A DNA stretch of 64,000 bases from an uncultured Methanolobus sp. (GCA_963675495.1 OY776215.1:1600001-1664000), one strand, 5' to 3'; positions 29,072 through 39,755 are shown, counted from the first letter of the stretch. The notes: a model not told the origin generated them from the letters alone. Program-made: numbers and translations.

Positions 29072-29548
29072 TTAGTTTTGGTTCATTTTGACTTTATCAA
29101 GAACCTTGATATTTTGTATACCAGTGGATGGATAATTTCCGGTTTCGTCTTTTTCTGCAGACTTCACCATGTCCCATACCGTAAGCAAGGCAACTGAGAC
29201 ACCGGTAAGTGCTTCCATTTCAACGCCAGTCTTTCCCACAGAACGTACTTCTACTTTTGCACAAACGATATTATCATAAATTGAAAAATCCACATCCACC
29301 GAAGTTATTGGAATCTGATGACACATGGGAATAAGTTCAGGGGTTTTTTTAACCGCAAGAATTGAAGCCACTCGCGCAGTGGAAAGGACATTTCCTTTTT
29401 CAACAGTTCCTGTTCGTATTTTCTCCATGGTTGCGTCACTGAGAAATATCTCTCCGGAAGCTATTGCCTTCCTTACAATGACATCTTTGCTGCTGATGTC
29501 CACCATTACCGCACGGTCGTTTTCAATATGTGTGAATTTAGCTTCCAA
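29072..29548 (-). CDS. moaC: Cyclic pyranopterin monophosphate synthase
   Basis: FTH...MVDIS, KGNVL, LIPMCHQI, KTGVEMEALT, WDMVKS. Confidence 0.95.
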   Translation of the reverse strand: MEAKFTHIENDRAVMVDISSKDVIVRKAIASGEIFLSDATMEKIRTGTVEKGNVLSTARVASILAVKKTPELIPMCHQIPITSVDVDFSIYDNIVCAKVEVRSVGKTGVEMEALTGVSVALLTVWDMVKSAEKDETGNYPSTGIQNIKVLDKVKMNQN

Positions 29549-29562
29549 GGAATCACCGTTAT

Positions 29563-29745
29563 TTAGTCAATTCTGATGTTCTGTCTCTGCAGGTAATCCT
29601 CAATAGTACTATTTAGTTGTTCTTTCAGGTCAGTTGCCTCAGCAAGGCTGAGTTTAAGGATTTCCTCATCCTTTCCGTGATTTATAGCTATTCGTACCCA
29701 CTTTCTTTCAATATCCACGTTTATTATCCTGTTGTCCTGCCCCAT
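29563..29745 (-). CDS. Small hypothetical protein (~60 aa)
   Basis: ATG 29745 after SD GAGGTG; sits between nnr and moaC with tight spacing. Confidence 0.65.
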   Translation of the reverse strand: MGQDNRIINVDIERKWVRIAINHGKDEEILKLSLAEATDLKEQLNSTIEDYLQRQNIRID

Positions 29746-29758
29746 ATCAAAACACCTC

Positions 29759-31225
29759 TCATATAACATCTGCTATCCGTTCAATTATATCTGTCGCAAG
29801 CAAACCAAATCCTTTTTCTTCAAAAGCAAGGTCTCCTGCGCTGCCACTTATGAATACCGCACATGATGCGGCATCCATTGCACTGTTAACTGCAAACAAA
29901 GCTCCGGTGATGCCAGTTAGTACATCCCCTGTACCGCCTACAGTCATCCCTGCGTTCCCTGTTCTGTTAAGCCGGGTGACTTGCCCGTCTGAAATTATGT
30001 CAACTTTGCCTTTTAGAACCACGGTGACTTCTTTTTCCCCGGCGAACTTATTTGCAATATTTTTCTTTTCATCAAAAGCGTGGGGAACTGCTATCCCCGA
30101 CAAGCGGGAAAATTCCGCAGAATGCGGAGTCAGAATGAATTTACCCTCGCTTTTCACAGGCAAGTCCAGATCAAAAAGAGCATCAGCATCTACTACTGCC
30201 TTTTTGCAGAAAGTCAGGAGTTGTGCCACTGTTTCAAGGGTTCCTGCATCCCGGCCAATACCAGGCCCTATGACAGCGACATCATGTGATGCTATAAGAC
30301 CATTCAGTAAAGGAAGATTTTCAGGGTTCAGCCTGTTACCGGAAAGAGGTACAACTATCAAGTTAGAAGAAAAGGAAGCAACAGTATCTGCAACGTTCTC
30401 AGGCACTGCTACTGTCACAATATCGGCACCTGTACGAAGCGCTGCCATGGCTGCAAGAGCCGGGGCTCCGTAGTAGGCACCGCCACCTATCACAAGAACA
30501 CGGCCGGAATTCCCTTTATGAGAATGTTGTCCCCTGCGAGCAAGAGCCATCAGGTCACCGGGACCCACGTACTCCTCTGCATCCTTGCAAACACCAATAG
30601 GAACCGCTTTCACCACACCTGTGTACTTGCCACATCCAGGACGTTCCAGACCGGTCTTCATTCTGTGAAAAGTAATTGTCATATCGGCAAAAACGCTTTT
30701 TGTAATATCACCACCATCAGGGTCATACCCTGAAGGGGAATCTATAGAGATGATATACGAACCTGAAGAATTTATCAGATCAATAACAGTAGATTCCGGC
30801 TCTCTGGGAGTACCTTTTATCCCGGAACCCAAAACCCCGTCAACAATAATATCAGCATTATTCCATCCAGAATACTGCTCCAGCTCTTTTGAGTCGGTGA
30901 TTTCTCTTAGTTCTTTTATACCACTGTATGTAAGAAGGGAAAAATTATGCACTGATTCTTCTGTCCTGATACGGGAAGAATGGCCCAGAAGTATTACCCT
31001 TACATTATAAGCATCATTTAGCGCAAGGTGTCTTGCAGCAACGAACGCATCACCTCCGTTGTTACCCCTTCCTGAAACAAAAAGAACTTCTCCTGAACTT
31101 ATTCTGGAACTTATTTCCCGGGCAATTGCAGCACCTGCATTTTCCATCAATTGGAGCGGACTAAGACCAAGATATGCACAGTTAGAATCAATAGAACGCA
31201 TTTTCAAAGAGTTGATAGAGAACAT
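29759..31225 (-). CDS. nnr: Bifunctional NAD(P)H-hydrate epimerase/dehydratase (YjeF N+C)
   Basis: LMENAG, GRGNNGGDAFVAARHL, DSPSG, SHKGNSG, VVDADAL, TPHSAEF, GGTGDVLTG. Confidence 0.93.
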   Translation of the reverse strand: MFSINSLKMRSIDSNCAYLGLSPLQLMENAGAAIAREISSRISSGEVLFVSGRGNNGGDAFVAARHLALNDAYNVRVILLGHSSRIRTEESVHNFSLLTYSGIKELREITDSKELEQYSGWNNADIIVDGVLGSGIKGTPREPESTVIDLINSSGSYIISIDSPSGYDPDGGDITKSVFADMTITFHRMKTGLERPGCGKYTGVVKAVPIGVCKDAEEYVGPGDLMALARRGQHSHKGNSGRVLVIGGGAYYGAPALAAMAALRTGADIVTVAVPENVADTVASFSSNLIVVPLSGNRLNPENLPLLNGLIASHDVAVIGPGIGRDAGTLETVAQLLTFCKKAVVDADALFDLDLPVKSEGKFILTPHSAEFSRLSGIAVPHAFDEKKNIANKFAGEKEVTVVLKGKVDIISDGQVTRLNRTGNAGMTVGGTGDVLTGITGALFAVNSAMDAASCAVFISGSAGDLAFEEKGFGLLATDIIERIADVI

Positions 31226-31328
31226 AGTTACCTATTTATTCCTTAGTTTGCATTCTATTTATCAGTTGATGTGTTATTTCTATAATTATATTCAAAATCG
31301 TTTTATGCTAATATAACTCTTATACGAA

Positions 31329-32813
31329 ATGGAGGTCATTTTTATTAACAACGTTGCAAAGGAGATTAGCGCAACTGACAAAACAAAGATCAAACCCACA
31401 TATCTCATATTGGGAAGTGGGAGTTTTGGTTTTGCATTAGCCAAGGAATTGAGGGAACTTGATAAAGAAATAATCATAGTGGACAAGGACTCCCAAAAAG
31501 TAGAGACACTTCGCGAAGAAGCCTACGAGGCTATTGTTGGTGACGTCGGCGATCCTGCACTTTTTGACATTATCAATACTAAGAACCTTGCAGGAATACT
31601 TATCCTTAGCTCTGACCCTAAAGCAAATGCTACGGCTCTTAAAAATATCAGGAACAAGGTTTCTCAGGATATTTACTGCGTAGTGAGGGCTCCTGATGTT
31701 ATAAACATGCAGGAAATGGAAACTATGGGGGCAGACCTTGTCATTATGCCACCCAGAATGGTAGCAAAGTCTCTTTCAAGGTCACTTGAGCGTGCCGAAG
31801 CGATGCGAAGGGGTAATAAACTCACACAGTGGTTTGAGGCAAACAAAGGAAGGAAACTTGCAATTGTAGTCCATGATAATCCAGATCCTGATGCAATTTC
31901 CAGTGCCCTTGCGCTAAAGACGATTGCAACATCCTTCAATGTGCTTGCAGATATCATATACCATGGAGAGATAGGGCATCAGGAGAACAAGGCTTTTGTG
32001 AACCTCCTTGGAATCGATCTTTACAGGGCGGAAGATGTAGGATTCACAGGATATGAGAATTTAGCACTGGTCGACTGTTCAGTACCTGGTGCAAATAATT
32101 CCCTGCCACCTGAAACACATGTAAATATAATAATTGATCACCATCCAATCCCGGATGCTGAAATTGATGCGGAATTCATAGACATTCGTCCGAATGTTGG
32201 TGCTGCTGCGACTATACTGACAAAGTATCTGCAGGAACTCAACGTGGACATCAATAGTGATCTGGCAACTGCCCTGCTCTACGGTATAAGGACCGATACA
32301 CTTGATTTTAAGAGAAACACAGATTCTGCCGATCTTTCGGCTGCTTCATATTTGTATCCCCTTTCTGACCACGACGTACTGGAACAGCTGGAACGTCCTT
32401 CCATGTCCATAGAAACACTGGACGTGCTTGGTGAAGCCATAAACAGACGTCAGGTCGTTGGAAGTTACCTGCTTTCCAACGTGGGAAGTATACGCAACAG
32501 GGATACATTACCACAGGCAGCAGACTATCTTCTTAACCTCGAAGGTATATCAACTTCCATTGTGTTTGGTGTCACTGAAGAAAAGATATACATTTCCGGA
32601 CGCAGCAATGACATTAGGGTGAACCTTGGCGACATTATGAAACATGCATTCGGTGAAGATGCAGGAGGAGGACATGCAACTGCGGCAGCAGCACAAATTC
32701 CCCTGGGAGTGTTTAGCGCTGCAAAGGATCGTCAGACCCTTCTGAGGCTTGTAAATGAAGCAGTTGTAAAAAGATTCTTAGCAGCTGTTGGTGTAGAAGA
32801 GGCAGATGAATAA
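31329..32813 (+). CDS. DHH/DHHA1 phosphoesterase with N-terminal TrkA-N (RCK) domain
   Basis: ILGSGSFG Rossmann motif; HDNPDPDA, IIDHH, YGIRTDT, GGGHATAAA. Confidence 0.9.
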   Translation: MEVIFINNVAKEISATDKTKIKPTYLILGSGSFGFALAKELRELDKEIIIVDKDSQKVETLREEAYEAIVGDVGDPALFDIINTKNLAGILILSSDPKANATALKNIRNKVSQDIYCVVRAPDVINMQEMETMGADLVIMPPRMVAKSLSRSLERAEAMRRGNKLTQWFEANKGRKLAIVVHDNPDPDAISSALALKTIATSFNVLADIIYHGEIGHQENKAFVNLLGIDLYRAEDVGFTGYENLALVDCSVPGANNSLPPETHVNIIIDHHPIPDAEIDAEFIDIRPNVGAAATILTKYLQELNVDINSDLATALLYGIRTDTLDFKRNTDSADLSAASYLYPLSDHDVLEQLERPSMSIETLDVLGEAINRRQVVGSYLLSNVGSIRNRDTLPQAADYLLNLEGISTSIVFGVTEEKIYISGRSNDIRVNLGDIMKHAFGEDAGGGHATAAAAQIPLGVFSAAKDRQTLLRLVNEAVVKRFLAAVGVEEADE

Positions 32814-32870
32814 ACTCTTCTAATCTTACTTTTTTGCATTAACAAATCCTTGATTTTGAGATAGCGGAAA

Positions 32871-33581
32871 ATGAACATCAGATTCAGAGATATCCTCATC
32901 ATGCAGCTGGAAGAAGAGTTGCAAACTGCAAAACAGATAGATACCGATGAACTTGCAGATGAGATCCACAATATAGGATTTGATTGCCTGATGTGTGGGA
33001 AATGCTGCCGCCGGGAACATGGAGATAACCGGGTTGCTGTTGTCCCTGCTGAGATCCGCAGCATACAAAAAGGCAGTAACATTGAATGGAATAAAATAGC
33101 AGAGCCATTAAACATAGAAGCGGACTCTGGAGAAGAAGAATACAGCTTTCAAAAAGAGTCCGGCATGATAGATGAAGATGGCAATATCCATACATTCGGA
33201 TGGATGCTCCACAGGAAAAAAAACAGGGATTGCACCTTTATCCCGGATGAAAAAAAGGACAACCGATGTAGAATATATAAACAAAGGCCGCTCCTGTGCA
33301 GCACGTACCCTTTCTACATGGAAGGACTTGAACTCAAAACATCCGAATGTGATGGACTGGGAAGGGAAAGCACATGGCTGAAAAGTAAAGAAATTGCTGA
33401 GCAGGTGCTTAAAAGATACCTGTGTGAACTGCAGGACACTATCCTTACATATGAGAACTATAATGGGTTCACAAAAAGCGAAAACGGACAGATTATCGCA
33501 GAATCTAACATGAAGCAAGGCTACTTAAATTACGCCGTTCATAATAGTGAGGGAACCTGTAATATCACAAAAATGATTTGA
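32871..33581 (+). CDS. YkgJ-family cysteine cluster protein
   Basis: FDCLMCGKCC...CTF...CRIYKQRPLLCSTYPF...ECDGLG. Confidence 0.88.
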   Translation: MNIRFRDILIMQLEEELQTAKQIDTDELADEIHNIGFDCLMCGKCCRREHGDNRVAVVPAEIRSIQKGSNIEWNKIAEPLNIEADSGEEEYSFQKESGMIDEDGNIHTFGWMLHRKKNRDCTFIPDEKKDNRCRIYKQRPLLCSTYPFYMEGLELKTSECDGLGRESTWLKSKEIAEQVLKRYLCELQDTILTYENYNGFTKSENGQIIAESNMKQGYLNYAVHNSEGTCNITKMI

Positions 33582-33633
33582 ATTTAAGCTTATCGATTGA
33601 TTTATAATGAATAAACATTATGCAGGAATAAAC

Positions 33634-34914
33634 ATGTCCACTAACAATGAACCTATGACGATCTCTGAGAAGATCTTTTCAAAGGCTGCCGGTAAAACGG
33701 TAAAAGCCGGAGAATTCGTAATGGCAAATATAGACAGGGCAATGACCCACGACATCACAGGACCTCTCGCTGTAGAAGGATTCTACGATATAATGAGGGA
33801 CAAGGAAGAAAAGAAAGTATGGGATCCAAGCAAGATAGTTATTCTTTTCGACCACCAGGTTCCTGCAGACTCACTTAATGCTGCAGCCAACCACACCATG
33901 CTCAGGAAATTTGCCAAAGAGCAGGGAATTATTAATTATGACGTTTTTGAAGGTGTCTGCCACCAGGTAATGCCTGAGAAGGGACACGTCAAACCCGGTG
34001 ACCTTGTAGTAGGCTCTGACTCCCACACCTGTGCCTATGGTTCACTTGGTGCATTCTCAACTGGTATCGGTTCAACCGATATGGCAGCTGTGTTCGCATC
34101 AGGAAAACTCTGGTTCAAAGTTCCTGAGACGATCAGGTTCGAAGTCGAAGGAAAGCTTCCAAAGCACGTCTATTCCAAGGACGTTATCCTCCACCTCATA
34201 GGAGACGTAGGTGCAGAAGGTGCAAGATACAAAGCAGCAGAATATGCAGGATCAACCATCAGGTCAATGCCAATATCCGAACGTATGACCGTTTCCAACA
34301 TGGCAATCGAAATGGGAGGAAAAGCAGGCATAATAGAAGCTGATGAGATTACCGAAAAATATCTCAGAGAACGCATACCTGACTATGAGTTCGATCCATA
34401 CTGGGCATCCGATGAGGGAGCAGAATGCGAACTTCATAAGTACGATGTCAGCAACCTTGAGCCACAGGTAGCATGTCCTCACAATGTGGATAACGTTAAA
34501 CCTGTAACAGAAGTTGAAGGCACAAAAGTAGATCAGGTATTCGTAGGATCCTGTACCAACGGACGTTTCGAAGATATTGAAATTGTTGCAAAGATGATGG
34601 GCGATGAGCCTGTTGCAAAGGGTGTAAGACTCCTTATCATCCCTGCATCAAGGACAGAATACATGAAAGTTCTCAGGGCAGGATACGTAGAACAATTCAT
34701 GGAAGCAGGGGCAATGGTAGAATCCCCATGCTGTGGTCCATGTATGGGTGGTTCTTTCGGACTTCTCGGTGACGGAGAAGTTGGACTTGCAACATCCAAC
34801 CGTAACTTCAAGGGACGAGAAGGAAGCCCACAATCCTTTGTATACCTGAGTTCACCTGCAACAGCAGCAGCGTCCGCACTCACCGGAGAGATAACAGATC
34901 CAAGGAAGATCTGA
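33634..34914 (+). CDS. 3-isopropylmalate dehydratase / homoaconitase large subunit (LeuC/AksD family)
   Basis: [45 protein letters not shown]-like TSNRNFKGR; paralog identity not resolvable from sequence. Confidence 0.92.
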   Translation: MSTNNEPMTISEKIFSKAAGKTVKAGEFVMANIDRAMTHDITGPLAVEGFYDIMRDKEEKKVWDPSKIVILFDHQVPADSLNAAANHTMLRKFAKEQGIINYDVFEGVCHQVMPEKGHVKPGDLVVGSDSHTCAYGSLGAFSTGIGSTDMAAVFASGKLWFKVPETIRFEVEGKLPKHVYSKDVILHLIGDVGAEGARYKAAEYAGSTIRSMPISERMTVSNMAIEMGGKAGIIEADEITEKYLRERIPDYEFDPYWASDEGAECELHKYDVSNLEPQVACPHNVDNVKPVTEVEGTKVDQVFVGSCTNGRFEDIEIVAKMMGDEPVAKGVRLLIIPASRTEYMKVLRAGYVEQFMEAGAMVESPCCGPCMGGSFGLLGDGEVGLATSNRNFKGREGSPQSFVYLSSPATAAASALTGEITDPRKI

Positions 34915-34978
34915 TATCTTTTTATTTTCAATGAGAGACCACAAAAGATATATTACTCAAATTTATATGATAGTTTCA

Positions 34979-35035
34979 GACGTTGGAATAACCAACACTA
35001 CCCCGTCATATTGTGTGTGGATTACAACCAACGTC
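34979..35035. other. Stem-loop closed by GACGTTGG/CCAACGTC, candidate small RNA or terminator
   Basis: 8-bp inverted repeat at 34979-34986 and 35028-35035, flanked by upstream TTTATA and a downstream T-tract. Confidence 0.3.
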
Positions 35036-35127
35036 ACTAAGACTTTTTTTCAATATTTTTAACATTAATGGTGTCTTTGCACCATAAAGATGTAATATGA
35101 TTACCATATATTTGAAAAGGATAAATT

Positions 35128-35427
35128 ATGCCAGATACTGACCTCTCAATTTTTGACGAATTATATGGAATCATAAAAGACAGGAAAGAGAACCCTGTTG
35201 AGGATTCATACGTATGCTCCTTGCTCAACCACAGAAAAGGTATTGACAAAATACTGGAAAAAGTAGGAGAAGAATCAATTGAAACTATACTTGCTGTGAA
35301 AAGCGAAAAAAAAGAAGAGATCATATACGAATCATCAGATCTTCTTTTTCACCTCATGGTGATGTTTGTGGCAGAGGGAATAACTCTCGAAGAAATTGCC
35401 ACCGAGCTTCAGAAAAGAAGAAAATAG
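35128..35427 (+). CDS. hisE: Phosphoribosyl-ATP pyrophosphatase
   Basis: SYVCSLL...[16 protein letters not shown]...[14 protein letters not shown]...ELQKR. Confidence 0.93.
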   Translation: MPDTDLSIFDELYGIIKDRKENPVEDSYVCSLLNHRKGIDKILEKVGEESIETILAVKSEKKEEIIYESSDLLFHLMVMFVAEGITLEEIATELQKRRK

Positions 35428-35429
35428 TT

Positions 35430-36305
35430 TTAATAAACTATCAATTCGTGGAAGACATCCTTTTTGGACAGGACGCCTTTTGGCTCACCGTCGAACGAAA
35501 CCAGTAAAAAACCGATATCGTGTTCGTCAAAAACCTTCACGGCATCATAAAGCGAGGTTTCTGAATCTACAGTTATAAGATTGCGGGTCATTATTTCCTT
35601 GACCTTAGCAGTCATTTTACCTTTTGCTACAGCATCGCCTATATCCGTAAAGGTGACAATACCAATTACTTCACCATTGTCAATTACAGGTGCCCCATGT
35701 ATACTGTTATCTACAAGCAAGCGTGCAGTTTCCTGAATAGAGGCATTTCCGCTTATAGATATCATATTCAAACGGGCATAGTCCTTAACAGGCTTCTTTG
35801 GGAGAGAGATCATTTCATTTATAGAGAAGACAAGAGTGTTCTTTGTGTCATCCCTTCCCACTACCTCACCACGAACTATTAATTTGTTAACAGGTGTGGG
35901 ACCAATCTGAAAAAGGTCACCCTGTTCAAATCCCTTGATGTTGCCAAGAACCTTGATCATACCGTGGCAAAGATCCGGGTGTCTTACTGTAGTGAAACTT
36001 ATCTCAGCTACCGTTGCACCATCCACAAGGTTATCGTTCCTATAGATCGGCACTGCAGCCTCGTGATCCATTGCAGTGATACTTAAAGCTTCATAAGCAT
36101 CGCCTGTTGCTTTGTAGCCCCCTTTGGGACCGGGAACCCCTTCAACAAGACCAAGAACTTTCAAAGATTGCATCTGATTCCGAACAGTGCCAGGGTTACG
36201 GCTAATAAGCTCTGCAATCTCTTCGCCTTTAACAGCACGGTCTTTTTCTCTTTGTAAATTAATCAATGCAATCAAAATATCTTTTTGTATGGGAGTCAGT
36301 TCCAT
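35430..36305 (-). CDS. Transcriptional regulator with N-terminal HTH and C-terminal CBS pair
   Basis: MELTPIQKDIL...KGEEIA...RNPGTVRNQMQSLK...GVPGPKGGY; IHGAPV...GIVTFTDI CBS motifs. Confidence 0.88.
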   Translation of the reverse strand: MELTPIQKDILIALINLQREKDRAVKGEEIAELISRNPGTVRNQMQSLKVLGLVEGVPGPKGGYKATGDAYEALSITAMDHEAAVPIYRNDNLVDGATVAEISFTTVRHPDLCHGMIKVLGNIKGFEQGDLFQIGPTPVNKLIVRGEVVGRDDTKNTLVFSINEMISLPKKPVKDYARLNMISISGNASIQETARLLVDNSIHGAPVIDNGEVIGIVTFTDIGDAVAKGKMTAKVKEIMTRNLITVDSETSLYDAVKVFDEHDIGFLLVSFDGEPKGVLSKKDVFHELIVY

Positions 36306-36461
36306 AAAATCACCGGTCCATAAACTAAAATCTAGTTTATACATACTCAAAGAAGATATATAAAATATAGTATTACCCCCTAAGGATATAAGAACAGATT
36401 ACACTTATAAGGAACAGGAATTTATATCTTAAAGTGATTTGAGCCAACGACAGGAAGGAAT

Positions 36462-37457
36462 ATGATTTTTGAAAAAATAAATACAGTCCCTACATCGGAT
36501 GAATTGCTGGACAAATCGTTCAGAAGAGCCACTAGGGCAATGTCAGGAAAAACTATTACCGGAAGGAAGACCGCTCTTCAAGCGAACGAGTCTATGGTAC
36601 TGACAGCTGCTAACATACTTACAGATAACCTAAAGAATATAGTCAGAAGATTCCCTACTTTTGAGAACCTGCCCCCATTCTATTATGAACTTGCAGATGT
36701 AATGGTAGGCGTCGATGACATGAGACAATCCCTTAGCAGGCTTGATTGGGCCAGTGCAAAGATACACGAGGTTGCAAGGGATCACGTAGGAAAAATGAGA
36801 AAGACCAGAGACCCCATGCCTGTTAGAAAACAGTGTTTTGGACGTCTTTCATCCATCATAAACTCAATCGATAAGGACCTGCTTTTCCTGAATGAGGCCA
36901 GGAACAAACTCCGAAAACTTCCTTCAGTACATGACGAGCCAACCATTGTGGTTGCAGGATACCCCAACATAGGTAAATCAAGTTTTGTCACAAAGGTCAC
37001 AGGAGCAACGCCTGAGATAGCACCTTATCCATTTACCACCAAGGGTGTTTCGATCGGACATTTCTTTGTTGGAAATGACAGGTACCAGGTACTGGACACA
37101 CCTGGTCTTCTTGACAGGCCAATGTCAGATCGTAATGAAATTGAATTGCAGGCAATAACTGCACTAAAGAACCTGGACGCTGTGGTTCTTTTTATCATTG
37201 ATGCAAGTGAAACATGCGGATACGAGATCAAAGACCAGAAGCGTATGCTTGAAGAGGTCCGCAGTGAATTTAAATTACCGGTACTTGTTGTTGCGAACAA
37301 AGCGGATCTGCCACAATTCAGGGAACTTGATTATGTAGATATGAAAATGTCTACTGCAACAGATGAAGGTGTCAGTGAAGTAACCACAACCCTTATTGAG
37401 ATGGTTAAAAAAGAGATCAAAGAGAAAGAGAGAAGAAAAGAAGCTAATGACAGATGA
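36462..37457 (+). CDS. NOG1-family GTPase
   Basis: GYPNIGKSS, YPFTTKG, DTPGLLDRP, NKAD. Confidence 0.92.
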   Translation: MIFEKINTVPTSDELLDKSFRRATRAMSGKTITGRKTALQANESMVLTAANILTDNLKNIVRRFPTFENLPPFYYELADVMVGVDDMRQSLSRLDWASAKIHEVARDHVGKMRKTRDPMPVRKQCFGRLSSIINSIDKDLLFLNEARNKLRKLPSVHDEPTIVVAGYPNIGKSSFVTKVTGATPEIAPYPFTTKGVSIGHFFVGNDRYQVLDTPGLLDRPMSDRNEIELQAITALKNLDAVVLFIIDASETCGYEIKDQKRMLEEVRSEFKLPVLVVANKADLPQFRELDYVDMKMSTATDEGVSEVTTTLIEMVKKEIKEKERRKEANDR

Positions 37458-37472
37458 CCAGTAAGGTCATCA

Positions 37473-38594
37473 TCACAACACTTTTTTCATTATATCAAGC
37501 GCATTTTTTAGGTTGTCCATCGATGAAGCATATGAAAGGCGTATATGCCCTTCACCACGGTCACCAAATGCAGTTCCCGGAACAACAATAACACCATTGG
37601 ACACCAATTTTGATGCTATTTCTCCGGATTTTGAACCATCGGGAACTTCTGGGAAAGCATAGAATGCACCTTTTGGAGAAGCACAGTTCAAACCAATTAA
37701 GTTCAGGCCTTCCACAAGCATGTCCCTGCGGGCTTTGAACTCATCACGCATGGCAAAAACAGAGTCCATTGGCCCTTCGATAGCCGCAAGTGCAGCTTTC
37801 TGTGCAATGGAATTCGCGCATGCCTGTACATATTGGTGAACCTTGACCATCTGTTCGGTATATTCTTTTCTCGCCGCAACATAACCAATTCTCCACCCGG
37901 TCATGGAAAATGTCTTGGATACCGCGTTTACCGTGATTACATTATCAGAGAACTGCGCAGGACTGGCATGCTCACCCTCATAAATGAAATGCTCGTAAAC
38001 CTCGTCGGATATGATGGTGATTCCATAGTCATCTGCTATCTGAGCAAATGCTTTCATATCATCCTTACTTTGAACAGCACCGGTAGGATTTGCAGGAGAA
38101 TTAATTATCATTGCCTTTGTCTTTGGAGTTATTTTCTCCACGACATCTTCAGGACTTATTGTGAGGTCATCTGCAAGAGGAAGGGCCACTACACGACCAC
38201 CCATCAGGCTCACTAATGAGTTGTAGGAAACAAAACCAGGATTTGCCACCAATACCTCATCTCCCGGATCAACCAATGATGCAATTGCGATCTCAAGTGC
38301 CTCTGATGCACCTGAAGTAACAATGATCTCATCCGCAGAAGCGGCGAAACTATTCTCTTTTTGGAATTTGGAGCTTAAAGCCTGTCGAAGTTCAGGAATT
38401 CCCGGACCTGCCGTATAGCCCGTGAACCCTTCGTTAATAGCATCTATTGCAGCCTGCTTGATATGCTGCGGAGTGTCAAAATCAGGCTGTCCAAGACCAA
38501 GATTAATTGAATTCGGGCCTGCCCCCTCAAACATCTTCCTTATACCGGAGATGTCTATATCCAAAACCCTCTTTGCGAACTTCGATTCAGGCAT
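37473..38594 (-). CDS. PLP-dependent aminotransferase class I/II (aspartate aminotransferase-like)
   Basis: LGLGQPDF, NSPANPTG, SDEVYE, SKTFSMTGWRIG, GAFY, IRLSYA; start set to ATG 38594. Confidence 0.92.
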   Translation of the reverse strand: MPESKFAKRVLDIDISGIRKMFEGAGPNSINLGLGQPDFDTPQHIKQAAIDAINEGFTGYTAGPGIPELRQALSSKFQKENSFAASADEIIVTSGASEALEIAIASLVDPGDEVLVANPGFVSYNSLVSLMGGRVVALPLADDLTISPEDVVEKITPKTKAMIINSPANPTGAVQSKDDMKAFAQIADDYGITIISDEVYEHFIYEGEHASPAQFSDNVITVNAVSKTFSMTGWRIGYVAARKEYTEQMVKVHQYVQACANSIAQKAALAAIEGPMDSVFAMRDEFKARRDMLVEGLNLIGLNCASPKGAFYAFPEVPDGSKSGEIASKLVSNGVIVVPGTAFGDRGEGHIRLSYASSMDNLKNALDIMKKVL

Positions 38595-38604
38595 AATTGT
38601 CCCT

Positions 38605-39213
38605 TCATTCAATATTAGTGTGCCTGGATTTAAGGTCCTCTTCAGAAGCACCTGTGATATAAATCAGCTCTGCGATAATAGCATCAAGGAACACGCTTGA
38701 GGATGTTTCAAAGGATGTCCCCAGTGGCGTAAGGTAGGTGTACTCACCACGCATGTGACGTTCAACATAGCCACCCACATCATCCTTATTCCTTCCAGGA
38801 AGAACAATTACAGTATCAGACAATTCGCCTAATTTGGAAGACTTATTGGAAGTAATTGTAACAAGTTTAGCGCCAATATCTTTAGCAACCTTTCCAAGAT
38901 CTGAAACTGAACGTGTCTGTCCTGAACCGGAAATAGCGATTACTATATCTTCCTTACTTACAGCAGGGGTTGTAGTCTCACCCACTACATGTGATGCAAA
39001 ACCAAGATGCATAAGCCTCATGGCAAATGCCCTTCCAACAAGACCGGAACGACCGGCGCCCATTACAAAGATGCGTCTTGCACCCGTTATGTCTACCAGC
39101 ATTTGCCGGACAGAATCCTTGTCAAGCTTTTCAGCCACATTTTCAAGATGCTCAGCCATTAATAAAATAGAAGATGTTAAAAATTTACATTCGGATAAAT
39201 GGATGTCTTTCAT
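38605..39213 (-). CDS. hxlB: 6-phospho-3-hexuloisomerase (SIS domain)
   Basis: GAGRSGLV...FAMRLMHLG, VVGETTTPA, ISGSGQT, PLGTSFE, HTNIE terminus. Confidence 0.92.
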   Translation of the reverse strand: MKDIHLSECKFLTSSILLMAEHLENVAEKLDKDSVRQMLVDITGARRIFVMGAGRSGLVGRAFAMRLMHLGFASHVVGETTTPAVSKEDIVIAISGSGQTRSVSDLGKVAKDIGAKLVTITSNKSSKLGELSDTVIVLPGRNKDDVGGYVERHMRGEYTYLTPLGTSFETSSSVFLDAIIAELIYITGASEEDLKSRHTNIE

Positions 39214-39230
39214 CGGATTTCCTCATAGGG

Positions 39231-39755
39231 TCAATCGAAAATTATAGTACCATTATGTTTTTCTTTTGCATCGTCCTTATAATTGATGCTTTTTAGCTTC
39301 CAGCCTTCGATGTTGCTTAATTCCCCATACAAACGCATGATGTCAGAGTCATCTCCGGTCCAGTAGCAGTCTAAGATAGTGTCCTTATCTTTAAGTTCTT
39401 CGGTAATGGAACCTGCAAGATGGAAAAGAGCTTTTTTGCTGGAAAAAGGAACATTAAAAGTCGTTCTGTATCCATGCTTTGATTTTGCATAGGACACAAG
39501 TACATATCCATGGCTCTCATATTCCGTGATCTCCTCAAAATCACAGATAAATTCCAGTTCGTGGACTGCTGAGTGATCAATGTTAGAAATACCCAGAAGT
39601 ATCTGTCCGATCACAATATCCGGCACTTGCCTTCCAAACCATATGGATATTTTGCCGTATGTGCAGACTACATTCACATCATCCCTCCCCATCTCAAAGG
39701 AAGACAGGGAGAGATCAGGTGATATGAGGTTTTCTTGATTTTCTTTTTGTTCCAT
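39231..39755 (-). CDS. Hypothetical protein
   Basis: ~175-aa ORF co-directional and closely spaced with oapB and hxlB; no motif recognised. Confidence 0.6.
   Translation of the reverse strand: MEQKENQENLISPDLSLSSFEMGRDDVNVVCTYGKISIWFGRQVPDIVIGQILLGISNIDHSAVHELEFICDFEEITEYESHGYVLVSYAKSKHGYRTTFNVPFSSKKALFHLAGSITEELKDKDTILDCYWTGDDSDIMRLYGELSNIEGWKLKSINYKDDAKEKHNGTIIFD

Noticed and set aside
31329-31346. Possible ATT start at 31344 behind GGAGGT in the DHH gene
   Set aside because: An in-frame ATG exists at 31329, so a non-canonical start is not required; unresolved without ortholog alignment
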